This document shows, piece after piece, positions 14,630 through 29,600 of a DNA stretch of 64,000 nucleotides. Both the position numbers and the translations under genes were made by a program. Source of the DNA: Pristiophorus japonicus. Lineage: Eukaryota. The stretch covers positions 372,001 through 436,000 of the forward strand of contig NW_027253183.1 in the NCBI RefSeq assembly GCF_044704955.1, written 5' to 3'. The first letter of the stretch is position 1, and each line of letters opens with the position of its first letter. The notes below the pieces were generated by a model that worked only from the letters and a program-made list of their open reading frames with translations, searched no databases and was not told the origin of the DNA.

Positions 14630-17600
14630 GCCCCTCTTTCCTACTCTCAATTGCAATTACTATTATTAATTAAAACTACCCAGCAGAGAGAAAGAGGCCC
14701 CTCCCCAATTGTTAAACACGCAGGGGAGAGGTGTGCCTAATTAAGAGCTCCCGCTGCTCAATTAAAGAGGCCCTGAAGGCCTGTGACATTGGGGTGGGTG
14801 TGGCCTTTAAAGGGACCCTGATATGGCGAGTCCACCTTCGCCGGTGGCGGGGCCAGCAAAAACATGCGCACGTGGTGGTCACTGCTGCTCCTGCTGCCCT
14901 GCCACCTTTTACATTATTGACCAAAAAGAATGGGGTCAAGAGCTACACCCACCCCAACATGACGATTGTGGAGTGCGTGAGGGCAATGGCTGGGGTAGTC
15001 AGCCCCTTGGCCATTCTCGCCACCTCAAAAATGCACATGAAGGCTATGTTCTTCCTGGGGTCAGAGCAGGGAGTGTCCCTGGCCCTGAATAAGGGGCTCA
15101 CGGTGGGTGGGACTCGAGACCACCGCACAGAGAATTGTCATCTCCAACGTTCCGCCCTTTGTTCCCGGTGAGCTCCTCCTCCCCCACCTACGTCAACTGG
15201 TGGAGGTGAGGGCGGGGATAATGCCGATCCCGCTCGGATTCAGGGAGGCCAGCCTCCCTTGTGTTCTCCGTCCGGCGCCAGCTTTTTGTTCAGCTGGTCC
15301 GGGAGGAGGTAACAGAAGGTGCATTCAATGTGGTCCACGAGGGGACAGCCTACCGCTTCTTCTGGACAGCATGTGCTGCCATGCCTGTAGAGAGGTGGCG
15401 CATGTCCGCAGTGAACTGCCCCGCCTCCAAGGCCGCCAAAACACCTAAAGTGGCCTCGGCTGGTGCCGCCGCCAGTCCTCCCCCCGTTACCGTCCGCGTG
15501 TGAGGAACCAAAGATGCGCGGGCATCGTCGGGGGCCAATGCCATCTCGGCCTCTGGCAGGTTGGAGGGAGAGCGTCCGCGCGGAAGGAAGGCGCGGAAGA
15601 AAGACAAACACCTTCAGCCGAGTCCCCTCAGTGGGCTAAACAGCCCTATCACTGCGCTTAGCCCCAACTTACCACCGGCGAGCGTGGGGCATTCTGTGCC
15701 CAAGCCCTTGACCATACCCGCATCTGCGGAGAGTTTGCCACCTGCGGTCGGGCGCGGGCAAGAAACCCGGAAGGAGGGAGCGGAGGCAGAGGCCTCGGCA
15801 GATATGGAGGTCTCCCAGCTTCCGCGTCCCTCCAGACAGAAAAGGAGGCACCGCTCCACGGAAAGGGAGGAGGACCAAGATCCCTCCGTGGAGAAGTTGG
15901 TGCCTGGTGAGGGTCCCGCGTCCCCCACCAGTGCTCCCAACGCGTGCCGAAGGCAGGGGGAGTCTGTCCCTCAGGGGGGTGAGACAGCCAAGGCTGTCTA
16001 GCCTGAGCCTCCTGGGGATGGGGAAGAAGAACTGTCTGTTGCGGAGGCCGTGGGGCAGCAAAAAGAAAGTATCGCCGCAGGATCGAGTGCCCTGGGGACT
16101 GAGGCGGGCAAGGCCGAAGAGTCCGAGCTCGCCCAGTCAAACATCAGCATCCCCCGGGATCTGCCCGACCCGGCAGAAGAGTATCACAAGAACCCCCGCC
16201 CGCTGGGTCAGAGGGTGGTGGTGGGGAGGGTGAGGAACACCAATCTCTGTCCCTGATGTTGGAGCCGGGGTACTTGGAGAACCTGGAGCAGTTCTTCGGC
16301 CCGGTCTCTCCGTGCTCCCCGGTGCCTGGGGCGGAGGGGGACCCCTGTCCGCTGCCACTTCCCGACCCGGTATTCCAGGAAGAGCCCAGGGGGGACTGCT
16401 CTGCCAATGATCCTGGGGGTGGGATTGTGACAGAGGTAGGGCCGGATGGTGCGGCCGGGCCGTTCACCGTACCCTGTGCGGTCGACGGACTGGCCGCTGA
16501 TGGCAACCTCCCGGAGGAGGACGGGGACTCGGTGGTGGACGCGGGAGAGGATTTGGAGTCCATCGGCAGTGAGGCAATGGATCTCCTCGTGTAGCCGCTG
16601 AGTCCCCCCTCATTCCTGCCAAGGAACTCCGGGATTTTTTGGTGCAATGCCAGGGTCACCGCAATAGAGCCCACCTGTCCCTGGACCAATGGTCCAAGTC
16701 GGTGCTGCTCATCAGGTCCGTCCGCCGTCAGAACCATGGGCGCGGACAGGACCTGACCAAAAAAAGTCATCTTCAGCTGCACCGGCTCAGAACGTTCCTC
16801 ACTGGGTTGCTGAGGGAGTGGAGGTCATCTCATGACTCCGTCCCTCCCCACAGTAGGTTATTTAGAGGTTGCACTATGCTCTTGTCATGAAGATAACCGT
16901 AGCCAGCCTCAACATCAATGGCGGCAGAGAGGCACACTGAGAATTTAATAATTTTTCGCTCCTTCGGGAGGGGAAATATCTGGTGTGCTTCCTGCAAGAA
17001 ACCCACACCGTGCCGGGAGATGAGGCCATGTGACTCCTGGAATGGCAAGGAGAGGTTCGCATGAGCCACCTCACTGCCACTTCTTGTGGGGTGGCTATCT
17101 TGCTGGCCCCACATTTTCAGCCAGAGATCTTGTGGGTCGAGAAGCCTGTGCCAGGCCACTTGCTCCATGTCATGGTTCGCCTGGGGGACGTGCCGCTCCA
17201 TTTAGTGAGCAAGTGCGTTTCCGAGAAGAAGTGTCCACTCTTCTAGGCTCCGTCAACGTCGGCGACTGCATTGTCCTCGGGGCGGGATTTTAATTGCACC
17301 CTCGAGGCGAGGGACCACTCCGGTGCCTTGCAGAGCTTGGCGGCGATAGAGAAGTTGAGGGATCTGGTCGGGTCCTTCGACTTGGTGGATGTCTGGCGAA
17401 ATCTCCATCCCGACTCCAGCACCTTCACTTGGGTGAGGCCTGGAAGAGGAAGGTCCGGAATCGACTGCCTGTACATTTCCCGGGCGTACGTCTCCTGAGT
17501 TCCTTGTGGCCGGTGGCGTGCTCGGACCACCACCTGATGTGGGCGGAGCTTGCTTCGCTCCGTGCGCGGGTGGGGTCCGTGTACTGGCATTTTAACAACC

Positions 17601-20600
17601 TGCTGCTGGGGGACAAGCGGTTCCAGGATTTGTTCCGTCGGTTCTGGTCCGACTGGAGAAGGAAGCAGGGGGGCTTCCCCTCCTTGAGGCTATGGTGGGA
17701 CGTGGGCAAGGCTCACTTCCGTCTCTTCTGTCAAGAGTACGCGAAGAGGTCGACCAAGAGGCGGGAGGCCAGGGTGGGGCGCCTGGAGAAGGAGATGCTC
17801 GACCTGGAGTCCCATCTCGGTCAAGTCGTGGAGGACCCGGCCCTGTGGACCGTGTACAAAGCGAAGAAGGCCACGCTGAAGGACCTGCAGCTCATCGGGT
17901 CCCGAGGCACATTCGTGAGGTCACGTATCTTGTTCCTCCGGGAGCTGGACCGCGGCTCCCCCTTCTACTCGCTGGAAAAAAGACGGGGTCCGTAAGCAGC
18001 TCTTCACGCTGCTGGCCGACGACGGATCTCTGGTCTCAGATCCGGAGGGCATCAGCCACAGAGCCTGAGACTATTACAGGGCTCTGTTCTCCCCGGATCC
18101 GTCCAGCGAAGAAGCGTGTAGAGTTTTGTGGGAGGACCTGCCGAAGGTCGGGCTGGATGGTGCCGAGAATCTGGATGATCTGCTGGGCCTGGCGGAGCTG
18201 ACCGGTGCCCTCGACCAGCTCTTGAGGGGAAAGTCCCTGGGGCTGGATGGGCTGACCGTGGAATTCCACAGGGCATCCTTGGGGCCGACTACGTGCGGGT
18301 CCTGGGGGAAAGTCCGGCGACCGGGGAGATGCCCCTCTCTTGGCGCAGGGCAGTCATCGTCCTGCGGCCTATGAAGGGCGATCTCCGCCTACTTGAGAAC
18401 TGGCGCCCGGTCTCCCTCCTCAGCACGGATTGCAAAATTTTTGCCAGGGCTGTGTCTGCTCGCCTTGGCGCCGTGCTAGACCACATGATCCACCCGACCA
18501 GTCCTACACGGTCCCGGGCCGGGCAATCCACGATAACATCTATCTGGTCCGGGACCTGGTCCACCATTCCCAGGAGGCTGGTCTGTCGATCGCCTTCCTT
18601 TCCCTCGACAGGAGAAGGCGTTCGACAGGATGGATCACGAGTATCTGTTCGGAACTATGCACACTGTCAGGTTCAGGACGCATTTCGTTGCCTGGATCTG
18701 ACTTTTGTATGTGGCCGCGGAGTGTCTGATTAAGGTTAATGGATCTTTGACGGCACCCCTTCGCTTTGGGATAGGTGTGCGCCAGGGATGCCCCATGTCC
18801 AGCCAGTTATATGCCATATGAGTGGAGCCTTTCCTGCGCCTCTTGCGGAAGAGGTTGACGGGATTGGCTCTGCAAGGGTCGGACGTGGAGGTCGTCCTCT
18901 CGGCTTACGCCGATGATCTGCTCCTCATGGTCGAGGATCCCATTGAACTGCGGAGGATGCGTGAGTGCCAGGAGATTTACTCGGCCGCATCCTCCGCCAG
19001 GATCAACTGAGAGAAATGTTCCGGACTCCTGGTGGGTGAGTGGCAGGTGGACTCCCTGCCGGAGGAGCTCAGAGGAGCACGACCCATCTCCTCTATCTGG
19101 GAGTCTACCTTAGCCTTGCCGAGGAAGCCTGGCCGGCGAACTGGCAAGAGCTGGAGGCCAAATTGCCACTTGCCGAGGGCGCTGGACAGGACTGCTCCGA
19201 GTGCTGTCCTACAGGGGTCGAGCGCTAGTCATAAACCAGCTGGTGGCCGCTATGCTGTGGTACTGGCTGGTCACTTTGACCCCTCCCCCTGCATTTGTCA
19301 CCAAGATGCAGAAAAAGCTGGTGGACTTCTTCTGGAACAACAGGAAGCACTGGTTCTCTGCTGCGGTTCTGAGTCTCCTGCTGAAGGAGGGCAGGCATTG
19401 GTGTGCATCAGCACCCAGCACGCGACTTTCCATCTTCAGACCCTGCAGAGATAGCTGTATGTTGAGCCCCCTCCTCGGTGGTGTGTGCTGGCGATGTATT
19501 TCTTCCGCCAGCAGTACAGCCTCAATTATGATACGCAGTTCCTGTTTGTGAGCCTGGGGGGTGTCAGGACCACCATGTGGGGGCTGCCCACCTTTTACCA
19601 GGAACTCATCAGGGTCTGGAACAGAGTCGCCACCAAGCGCAGCTCTCCCCCGTCTGGAGTGGCGGCTGTCCTTTGGGAGCCGCTGCTCAGGAATCTGTAC
19701 CTCCACCACCGCGATTTTAGGTGGCAGGCGGACGAGAGGGTTGTGGCTGGCGAGGTGACCAGGGTCAGGGACCTGCTCGATGGCGAGGAGCGTGCTGGAT
19801 GGTGCCTGAAGAGCTGGCACGGCACCTATCCTGGTCTGGCATGTGGCCAATGCCATCGAGTCGCTAAAAACAGCCCTGGGCCCTGACTCCGTTAGGTGTG
19901 TCGAGGATGCTCAAGCACGAGGGGCGATCCCGTCCAAACTGACCCCGTCCGGACGGAATTCCTCATCGGCACCAAGCCCCGAAACCTCTTTCAGGAGCCG
20001 GTGCCTCACAATTTGAGCCTCTTCCGGGAAATCCCCTCCGTGCCTTTCAGTTCTGCGCGGAGGGGTTTCCTGTACGGGCTGCTCCTGCACACTCTCTACC
20101 TTGCCATCCTCGTCTGCCGTCTGGACATGCAATGGTGCACCATCTTCCCGTCCGGATGAGGTGGGGGTCCCCAATGGAGTGCACTCTATGCAGGAGTCCT
20201 CCCTTTATTTATTGGGGATTTGGCCAGGAGGGTGTTGCACGGAGCAATCCCGTGCAATCGATTTTTAAGTCAGTTCACGGACTCCCAGGCCGCCTGTAAT
20301 TTCTGCGGTCTGGAAGAGTCCGTGTTCCATATTTATATTGAGTGTGTGAGGTTGCAGGCCCTGTTCCAATATTTGAAGGGGCTGCTCCTCAAATTCTGGT
20401 TGCACTTCAGTCCTACACTCCTGATCTTTGGGCACCTTGTGCAGAGGGGAGCGGGCAGGTCGGAGGGCCTCCTCATAGGACTGCTCCTGGGCATGGCCAA
20501 GGAGTCCATCAGCATGTCCAGGCAGCGGGCGGTCGACGGGGTCGTTCAGCCTGACTGCCTGCCTCTCTTCCGCGGTTACATCCGAGCCAGGGTGTCCCTG

Positions 20601-23600
20601 GAGATGGAGCACGCAGTGTCCACCGGTACGCTCACGGCCTTCCACAAGAGGTGGACACCAGAGGAACTGGAGTGTATCATCACCCCGAGCAACCAAATTT
20701 TAATTTGATCATTAAAGTTTAAAAGTTAATTTGTTTAATTTGCCGCTTTTAGTATCCCCCGTTAACAAGGGTCACTTGATTTATAGGTTCACAAAAATAA
20801 TTGTGGAGCTGTTCCAGGAACTTGATTTAAAGTTTCTACTTAAAATAGTGTAGAACTGTTGCATTGTGAGTGGCTTAGCCAGTCATGTGATGTTGACAAG
20901 ACTCAATAAAACCCCAATCAGTTGGGCCCAGGTCATCCACGATGAGGTATGCAGTTGTGAGCCTCGTGGATGAACTGGTAATGTGTAGTGGGATTGTTAA
21001 ACCTTTGTTAATAAACCAACTAGTTCTTGATAGCAATGTGTTGCTATGAATTCTTAAAGCAAAGAACCCAAGAAGTAAATGCATTACAGAGGGGTTTAGC
21101 GAGGGAGCTCGAGGGAGTCTGGCTGAGGCAATGAAAGGCTTTTCCACCAATGGAGGGAGGGGAAGGGGGAGTGAATGCACAGTTAAAGAAGCAAAGAGTG
21201 CCGGGGTTATCGGCCTGGAGGAGGTTACAGAAGGTTGGAGGTGGGACAAGGCCAGTCAGAGATTTGAAGCTGAGGACAAGAGTTTATATTTAGTGCATTG
21301 AGGGACAGGGAGCCTCTGTACGATGACAGTGAGGAGGATTTCCTGTGGGACAGGATATGAGCGACTGTATTTTGGACAAATCAGTCGAGTTCACTGAGGA
21401 TGTGAGGCCAGCAATGAGAGCATTGGAGCCATCAAGACCAGAGGTGACAGGAGCATGGATAAGGATGTCAGTGTTGTAGGGTATCAGGTGTGACCTTGGG
21501 CAGGACCACTTCAATGCTGTGAGCTGGAATTGGACTGGACAGATTGGAACAGGCAGCATTGAGAGGGTTGGGCTTGGAGTTTAGGTGAAGATGGGTCAGC
21601 AGGCAGAGAGGACAGGCGGGTGGGTGGCTTGTTTGAGGAGGGGATTGATGACTGGTTTTGAATGTTTGAGGAAAGTCACTAGTAGTGTGAGCTACACAGT
21701 AAATGTTATGTCTTTTTCGATGCTCTGATAATGACTCCACGAGGCAGTGTGTTGTACTTGAACTGTAGTGACCTTAGTCCTTTATTGATAACTCCAGCGT
21801 GAGGATTACACCTGGTGGCCTGCCTTTTATACTGGGCCAGGCACACCTGTACAGGTAACCTACAAGTCTCCCACTGCAGTGCCCTCTGGTGGCACACCTT
21901 GTAATAGTGCAAGCAGTAACCATGTAGGGTACATGACATCGCTCTCCCCCAAGCCTTTAGTGCAAATCGCCTCTGCATTGACTGTGCTCTGGGCTTAGCT
22001 CTATCTGGTTGACCCTTGGCGGGTCGTTTCTATTTTGGGTGAGTGGTTGGTGTTTCGTTGGCAGTAGAGTGCTGGTGGTTACTGTTTGTGTGTGTGTCCA
22101 TGACCATTTCATTCTCCCCCCCCCACATATAGATTATGCCGGAGGTTCATTGCATTCATATACATTCAAGTCCAGAAAAACAAGTTTGCATTACATTTGA
22201 GGTGACACGCCATGGTGCACAACTCTGGCCCCAGGGACGCAGGCTACTACATTGGGTAGCTCACTGGACCTGTGTGCTCCCGATTGGTGTCTGCCCACTG
22301 CATTGGTTGAGTGCAGTTGAAATCCTACATCGCACAACGTTTCATTACTCATTATAAATAACTTGTAGCTCCGATCGTGATCACGCACCTTTTCTTTGTT
22401 TATTGCATGTACACAACGCTGATCATCAATTTCACATCTTACATCTGGCTCACCGTTGACACTACATTGTTTGAAAATGTGGAACAGTCCCTTTAAGTGT
22501 GGTGGGTTGCAGGCCTCCTTTAAGAGAGCTTTGCCATCTTTACCCCAATCCTCTTCTCTGGTGCCACGTGTTGCTCCATCAGCGCAGCACCTCGTGGTCT
22601 GGCCGTCGCCATCTTTTTCTTCGGTGCATCACCTCGTGGTTTGGGCGCCATCTTCCCTCCATCTACGATGTCGACTGCGGTGATCCTCTTCTCCCCGGGA
22701 TCTGCCACCGAAGCTGGGAAGTCGCCTTCGGATCCAATTTTCTTCCTCCGGAGTCCTGCCACTGGAGCCTGGAAGGTGTGTTCGGGTTGTCTCAGCTGGA
22801 TCATCTCCACATGCTGAGCGGTCTGTGCCTCGGGTGCTGTGCTGGTCTGCTTGCTGATGCCGGGTCCACCCTCAAGTGAGGGCTTGCTGTGCCTCCGAGC
22901 GCGGAGGATGTCGATTGCTGGAGGGATGAAGTCTTCCCACTTGCAATGGATCTTCTCCATCCACCTTCTTCCGAGTAGCATTGGTCCATCACCTGCAACA
23001 ATCCACAGAGGTAACTTGTGCACCGCGCCATCATGGAGTACCTTTACATTCGCAGTACCAACAACTGGGATAAGTTCATCGGTGCAGGTGCGCAGCTTTG
23101 CCTGAACCAGGACCAACTTGGTTCATTCAGCCTGATTGTCCCATAACCTCTCAAAGGTTTCTTGATTCATTACTGACTGGCTCACCCCTGTGTCCACTTC
23201 CATGAAGACTGGAACACCATCTATCTCGACTTCCATCCTCAATGGGGAACCTTCGGTGATGTAGGTAAACGTGCTATATACCTCATCATGGGGCTAAGCT
23301 ACCTCTCTGCCTATCGTTTCATAACCAACGCTGGATTCATGGCCATCTGCAGACTCTTCATCGACACAGTGAGTCATATTTCTCTTACACATTCGCTTGA
23401 GGTGGCCCTTTGTGCTGCAGCCTTTACACACAGTCTTTAAAACAGCACTGGTGAGCCCTGTGATTCCCTCCGCAATGCCAGAATGGAGCTACTCGGTTAG
23501 TGCCCCTCGGCGAACTCTGAGCTAAGGGCCTCAGGGGTCTGTTCTCTCTTCCCTGAGAAGGTTCACGTTCTACAGTCCAGCCTCTAAAAGACGCCACTCT

Positions 23601-26600
23601 GTGCAAAGTACTTGCAGGGTTTGAGTCCTGAGGATGGGCCATCTGCCTAGAAACGCAGGTCGAGGTCATGAATGTCTGGCTCACAGAGATGGCCTTCTGT
23701 AGTTTGACTGTGGTATCCGCAGACAGTAGCTAATGAAGAAGGCTCTAATGGCCGATTCCAATGACAAAAATGTCTCGCAGCGCTTCAGTGATGTGGTCGC
23801 CAAAATCACACGGTGCCACCAGCCTCCTGAGGTCTGCAGCATATTTTGCAATTTCTTGGCCGTCGGTGGGTGCTGAACCGGTGTCTGGCTGTGAGGATGC
23901 TCTCCTTGGGCTTCAGTTGCTCTTGGATCAGCGTTACAAGCTCCTTGTACGTCTTGGTCGTTGTCTTCGCTGGTGCCAGCAAGTCCCTGACGAGGTCATA
24001 GATGATGGGCCCACAACTGGTTAGCAGGATAGCTCTGCACTTATCAGCCAGTGTGGCCGGGTTTCTCCTGCCAGGTCTTTGCTGTGAAGAAATGATCGAG
24101 CCTCTCCACAAAGACATCCCAATCATCAGCATCGGCAAACTGCTGCAATGTACCAAGGGTAGCCATTTTCACGTGAAGGTTCCTAATCTCGTCGCCAATT
24201 GTTATGTCTTTCGATACGCTGACAATGATTGCATGAGGCAATGTGTTGTACTTGAACTGTAGTGACCTTAGTCCTTTATTGGTAACTCCAGAGTGAGGAT
24301 CACACCTGGTGGTCTGCCTTTTATACTAGGTCAGGCACACCTGTACAGGGAACCTGCAAGTCTCCCACTGCGGTGCCCTCTGGTGGCACACCTTGTAATA
24401 GTGTAAGCAGTAACATGTCAGACACATGACAGTAAGGGATAAAGAGGAGTCAGGAGGTGTATGGAGAAGAAATCACTTGGCCAGGGTGTGAGCATCATTT
24501 GGGAAATAAGTGAAGAGAAGGCATGGGAGGGAGATTGGGGAGAATCTGCAGTGATGGGGATCAGGGAGGAAGACTCGGGGAGGTTGGGGAGGAAGTGGCA
24601 GAGGCAGCTGTATGCATGAAGCAAAGAAATCCTGGAGCTTTTCATATCAGGCCACATAATGATCAGTTGTTTAGAATTTACTGAAGCTCAGGTGAGCTGC
24701 CTGCAGTTTTCATTGAAACATTTCAGACATTTATCAACCTTCAGACCGGTTTTTAAGTGATTGATATTTTCCCATTAAAGGTGCAGTTGTCCCTGTCCTG
24801 ACCCAGTCTCCGAGCCTGGAACGTGTCACAGAGGGTCACACGGCGCGGTTACAGTGCACCATGAGGAACGCCAGAGTGAGTGACACCGATGTCCACTGGT
24901 ACCGGCAACTACCGGGGCAAGATACGGAGTGGGTTTTAACACATGAGGCAAGTGGCAGCACACGAGGGAGCCCAGGTTCCACTGACCGTCTCCAGCCTTC
25001 CAGAGACACCTCCAATAACAGCTTCATTCTGACAGTCACAGACGTGCAGCCCAGTGACACTGCCGCCTATTACTGTAAAGTGTGGGGCGATATCAGCGGG
25101 AACGGAACCCAGCTCAATGTAACCAGTAAGTATAAATTACATTTGGTTTTATTCATAATAGCGTTACTACATAGAGGGTAATTTTACAACAATACACTCC
25201 CAGTCGAGAGGCACACACACACTGGGAGCATGGACTGGAGAATTGGGGCTGTGATGTTGTGGCCCTATATCTGACCCACATTCCATGGGACTGTGGCTTC
25301 TCACTGGGAGCACAGCATTGTGGGATCCCTCTTATACACACTTCACTTCTCAATAGAACACAAGAGCTTCCCAAACTTGATGGAAATATATTGTTTCGCC
25401 TAAAGTGTGATTTCACTTATACTGACAGGGATTAGCAATTCTAAGGCGATTTGATTCTTTTAAAATTCAACATTACTAAACATTAAAGTGCCAGTAATCC
25501 GTCACAGTGCAACTCAGCAGCAGATAGTTTTGCAATAATTTCTCACATTTATCTGCGCCTATTTTCTCCTCGTGATGGTCCAGTCCACAGTCCCTGACTC
25601 CTTGCCCAAGTTACCATTCACACCCACACATATCCCCATCAGTGTTACCCTGCATTTGCTTTTTGATGCGTGGTCCCTTTAACGGGCGGCGCGGCCCATT
25701 CAAAGTTTCACATCGGGAAAGCTGAACCCGGGCTGTGCTGATCTCCCCCTCCCCCACATCCCCCCCACCACATCACCCCTCCCCCTCCCCCACGTCCCCT
25801 CCCCCATCCAATCACCCCTCCCCCTCCCCCACGTCCTCTCCCCCACCCACATCACCCCTCCCCCTCCCCCACGTCCTCTCCCCCACCCACATCACCCCTC
25901 CCCCACGTCGTCCCCCACCCACATCACCCCTCCCCCACGTCCCCCCCAACCACATCACCCCTCCCCCTCCCCCACGTCCCTTCCCCCTCCCCCACGTCCC
26001 CTCCCCCTCCCTCACGTCCCCTCCCCCACCAACGCCCCCTCTCCCCCACCCACATCCTGCTCCCCCACGTCCCCTCCCCAACCCACTTCCCCCCCTCCCC
26101 CATGTCCCCTCCCCCACCCACATCCCCCCTCCCCCACGTCTCCTCCCCCACCCACATCTCCCCTCCCCCACCCACATCCCCATGTCCCCGCACATCCCCT
26201 CCCCCTCCCCCACCCACATATCCCTCCCTTACCCTCGATTTAATTCCTAAGTTGATTTTTATGCTGCTCCTTTCCGCTCCCGACAGGATTTGTTCATTCT
26301 TTATAAATTCACCTGAAATAATGATTTGTGGTTAATTCTATAAAAATTGTTTGGCTGGATTTGCGATGTTCTGGGCAGAGGATGTGTTCCCCCTCGCACC
26401 AAGTGCAGTTATTGAAGTAGGGCAGGGATGACCATCACTGGTATAACATTGAGACAAACACCATGCGCTGTATATTTTAGGTACTTGCTGTCTCACAATA
26501 CAAGCTGTTCTCGCTCCACAGTCCCATTGACCAGTTTTATGCTCCGACTTCCTTCTGTTTGAATCAAACTTTGATAAAGTTTACACTTGTATTATTCAAG

Positions 26601-29600
26601 CTTTTATATAATCTTACAGCACAGAAAGAGGCCATTCGGCCCATCGTGCCCGTGCTGGCTCTTTGAAAGAACGATCCAATTATTCCCACTGCCCCTGCTC
26701 TTTCCCCACAGCCCTGCAATTTTATTCCTTTTCAAGTATTTATCCAATTCCATTTTGAAAGTTACCATTGAATCTTCCACCGCCCTTTCAGGCAGCACAT
26801 TCCAGATCACAGCAACTCGCTGCGTAAAAAGGAATTCTCATCTCTTTCCCCCCCACCCCCGGTTCCTTTGTTAATTATCTTCAATCTGTGTGCTCTGGTT
26901 ACTGATCCTCCCCACACTGAACATTTCATCCTCATTTACTCCAGCAAAACCCCTCAGAATTTTGACACCTTGATTAAATCCCCCTGTAACTTCACTGCTC
27001 TAAGGAGAACAATCCTAACTTCTTCAGTCTCTCCACATAACTGAAGTCCCTCATCTCTGGTCTCATTCTAGTAAATCTCCTCTGCACCCTCGCCAAGGCC
27101 TTGACATCGTTCCTAAAGTGTGGTGCCCAGAATTGGACACAATAGTCCAGCTGAGGCCTAACCAGTGATGTATGGAGGTTTAGCATCACTTCCTTGCTTT
27201 TGTATTCTACACCTCGATTTATAAACCCAGGGTTTTTTAGCTCTTTTAAAGCCTCATCAACTTGTCCTGCCACTATGAAGATTTGTGTATGTGAACCCCC
27301 AGGGCTCCCTGTTCCTGCACCCACTTTATAATTGCACCATTTAGTTCATATTACCATTCCTCATTTTTCCTTCCAAAATGCATCACTTCACACTTCTCTG
27401 CATTAAATTGCATCTGCCATGTATCTGCTCATTTCACCAGTCCTCCTGGAGGCTGCTGCTTTCCTCCTCATCTGCAAACTTTGAAATTATGCCCTCTATA
27501 TCCCAGTCTATTTTCAGCATTTTAAAAACCTGCTTCATGTCCTCTCTCAATGAAATATCCCTGCTCCAGTGAGAACTAATCTAATTCTATCGTCACACTT
27601 CTACACAGGGTATGGTGAGGCCACACCTGGAGTACTGCGTGCAGTTTTAGTCTCCGTATTTACGGAAGGATAGACTTGCATTGGAGGCTGTTCAGAGAAG
27701 GTTCACCAGGTTGATTCCGGAGATGGGCAGAAAAGTTGAGCTGAGTCCATGATCGGATTAGCCATGATCTTATTGAATGGCGGAGCAGGCTCGAGGAGCC
27801 AAATGGCCTACTCCTCCTCCTACATAAGAACAGAAGAACATAAGAATTAGGAACAGGAGTAGGCCATCTAGCCCCTCGAGCCTGCTCCGCCATTCAACAA
27901 GATCATGGCTGATCTGGCCGTGGACTCAGCTCCACTTAGCCGCCCGCTCCCCATAACCCTTAATTCCCTTATTGGTTAAAAATCTATCCATCTGTGACTT
28001 GAATACATTCAATGAGCTAGCCTCAACTGCTTCCTTGGGCAGAGAATTCCACAGATTCACAACCCTCTGGGAGAAGAAATTCCTTCTCAACTCGGTTTTA
28101 AATTTGCTCCCCCATATTTTGAGGCTGTGCCCCCTAGTTCTAGTCTCCCCGAACCTCTCTGCCTCTATCTTGTCTATCCCTTTCATTATTTTAAATGTTT
28201 CTAATAAGATCACCCCTCATCCTTCTGAACTCCAACGAGTAAAGACCCAGTCTACTCAATCTATCATCATCAGGTAACCCCCTCATCTCCGGAATCAGCC
28301 TAGTGAATCGTCTCTGTACCCGCTTCAAGCTAGTAAATCCTTCCTTTAGTAAGGTGACCAAAACTGCACGCAGTACTCCAGGTGCGGCCTCACCAATACC
28401 CTATACAGTTGCAAAAGGACCTCCCTGCTTTTGTACTCCATCCCTCTCGCAATGAAGGCCAACATTCCATTCGCCTTCCTGATTACCTGCTGCACCTGCA
28501 AACTAACTTTTTGGGATCCATGCACAAGGACCCCCAAGTCCCTCTGCCTAACAGCATGTTGTAATTTCTCCCCATTCAAATAATATTCCCTTTTACTGTT
28601 TTTGTTCCCAAGGTGGATGACCTCACACTTTCCGACATTGTATTCCATCTGCCAAAGCTTAGCCCATTTGCTTAACCTATCTAAATCTCTTTGCAGCCTC
28701 TCTGTGTTCTCGACACAACCGCTTTCCCACTAATCTTTGTGTCATCTGCAAATTTTGTTGCACTATACTCTGTCCTCTCTTCCAGGTCATCTATGTATAT
28801 TTTAAACAGTTGTGGTCCCAGCACCGATCCCTGTGGCACACCACTAACACCGATTTCCAACCTGAAAAGGACCCATTTATCTCGACTCTCTGCTTTCTGT
28901 TAGCCAGCCAATTCTCGATCCATGCTCATACATTTCATATCACTCCGCGTACTTTTATCTTCTACAGTAACCTTTTGTGTTGCACCTTATCGAATGCCTT
29001 TTGAAAATCTAAATACACCACATCCATCGGTACACCTCTATCCACCATGCTCATTATATCCTCAAAGAATTCCAGTAAATTAGTTAAACATGATTTCCCC
29101 TTCATGAATCCATGCTGCGTCTGCTTGATTGCACTATTCCTATCTAGATGTCCCGCTATTTCTTCCTGAATGATAGTTTCAAGCATTTTCCCACTACAGA
29201 TGTTAAACTAACCAGCCTATAGTTACCTGCCTTTTGTCTGCCCTCTTTTTTAAACAGAGGCGTTACATTAGCTGCTTTCCAATCCGCTGGTACCTCCCCA
29301 GAGTCCAGAGAATTTTGGTAGATTATAACGAATGCATCTGCTATAACTTCCGCCATCTCTTTTAATACCCTGGGATGCATTTCATCAGGACCAGGGGACT
29401 TGTCTACCTTGAGTCCCATTAGCCTGTCCAGCACTACCCCCCTAGTGATAGTGATTGTCTCAAGGCCTCCCTTCCCACATTCCCGTGACCAGCAATTTTT
29501 GGCATGGTTTTTGTGTCTTCCACTGTGAAGACCGAAGCAAAATAATTATTTAAAGTCTCAGCCATTTCCACATTTCCCATTATTAAATCCCCCTTCTCAT

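Larger units (their letters stand above)
13626..21088. mobile_element. Solo LTR split in two (13626-13665 and 20849-21088) by Tx1 insertions
   Basis: Terminal inverted 7-mers TGTAATG...CATTACA and internal AATAAA. GAGGG lies on both sides of the CR1+LTR block (11250-11254 and 21089-21093) inside an L2 remnant. Confidence 0.6.
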
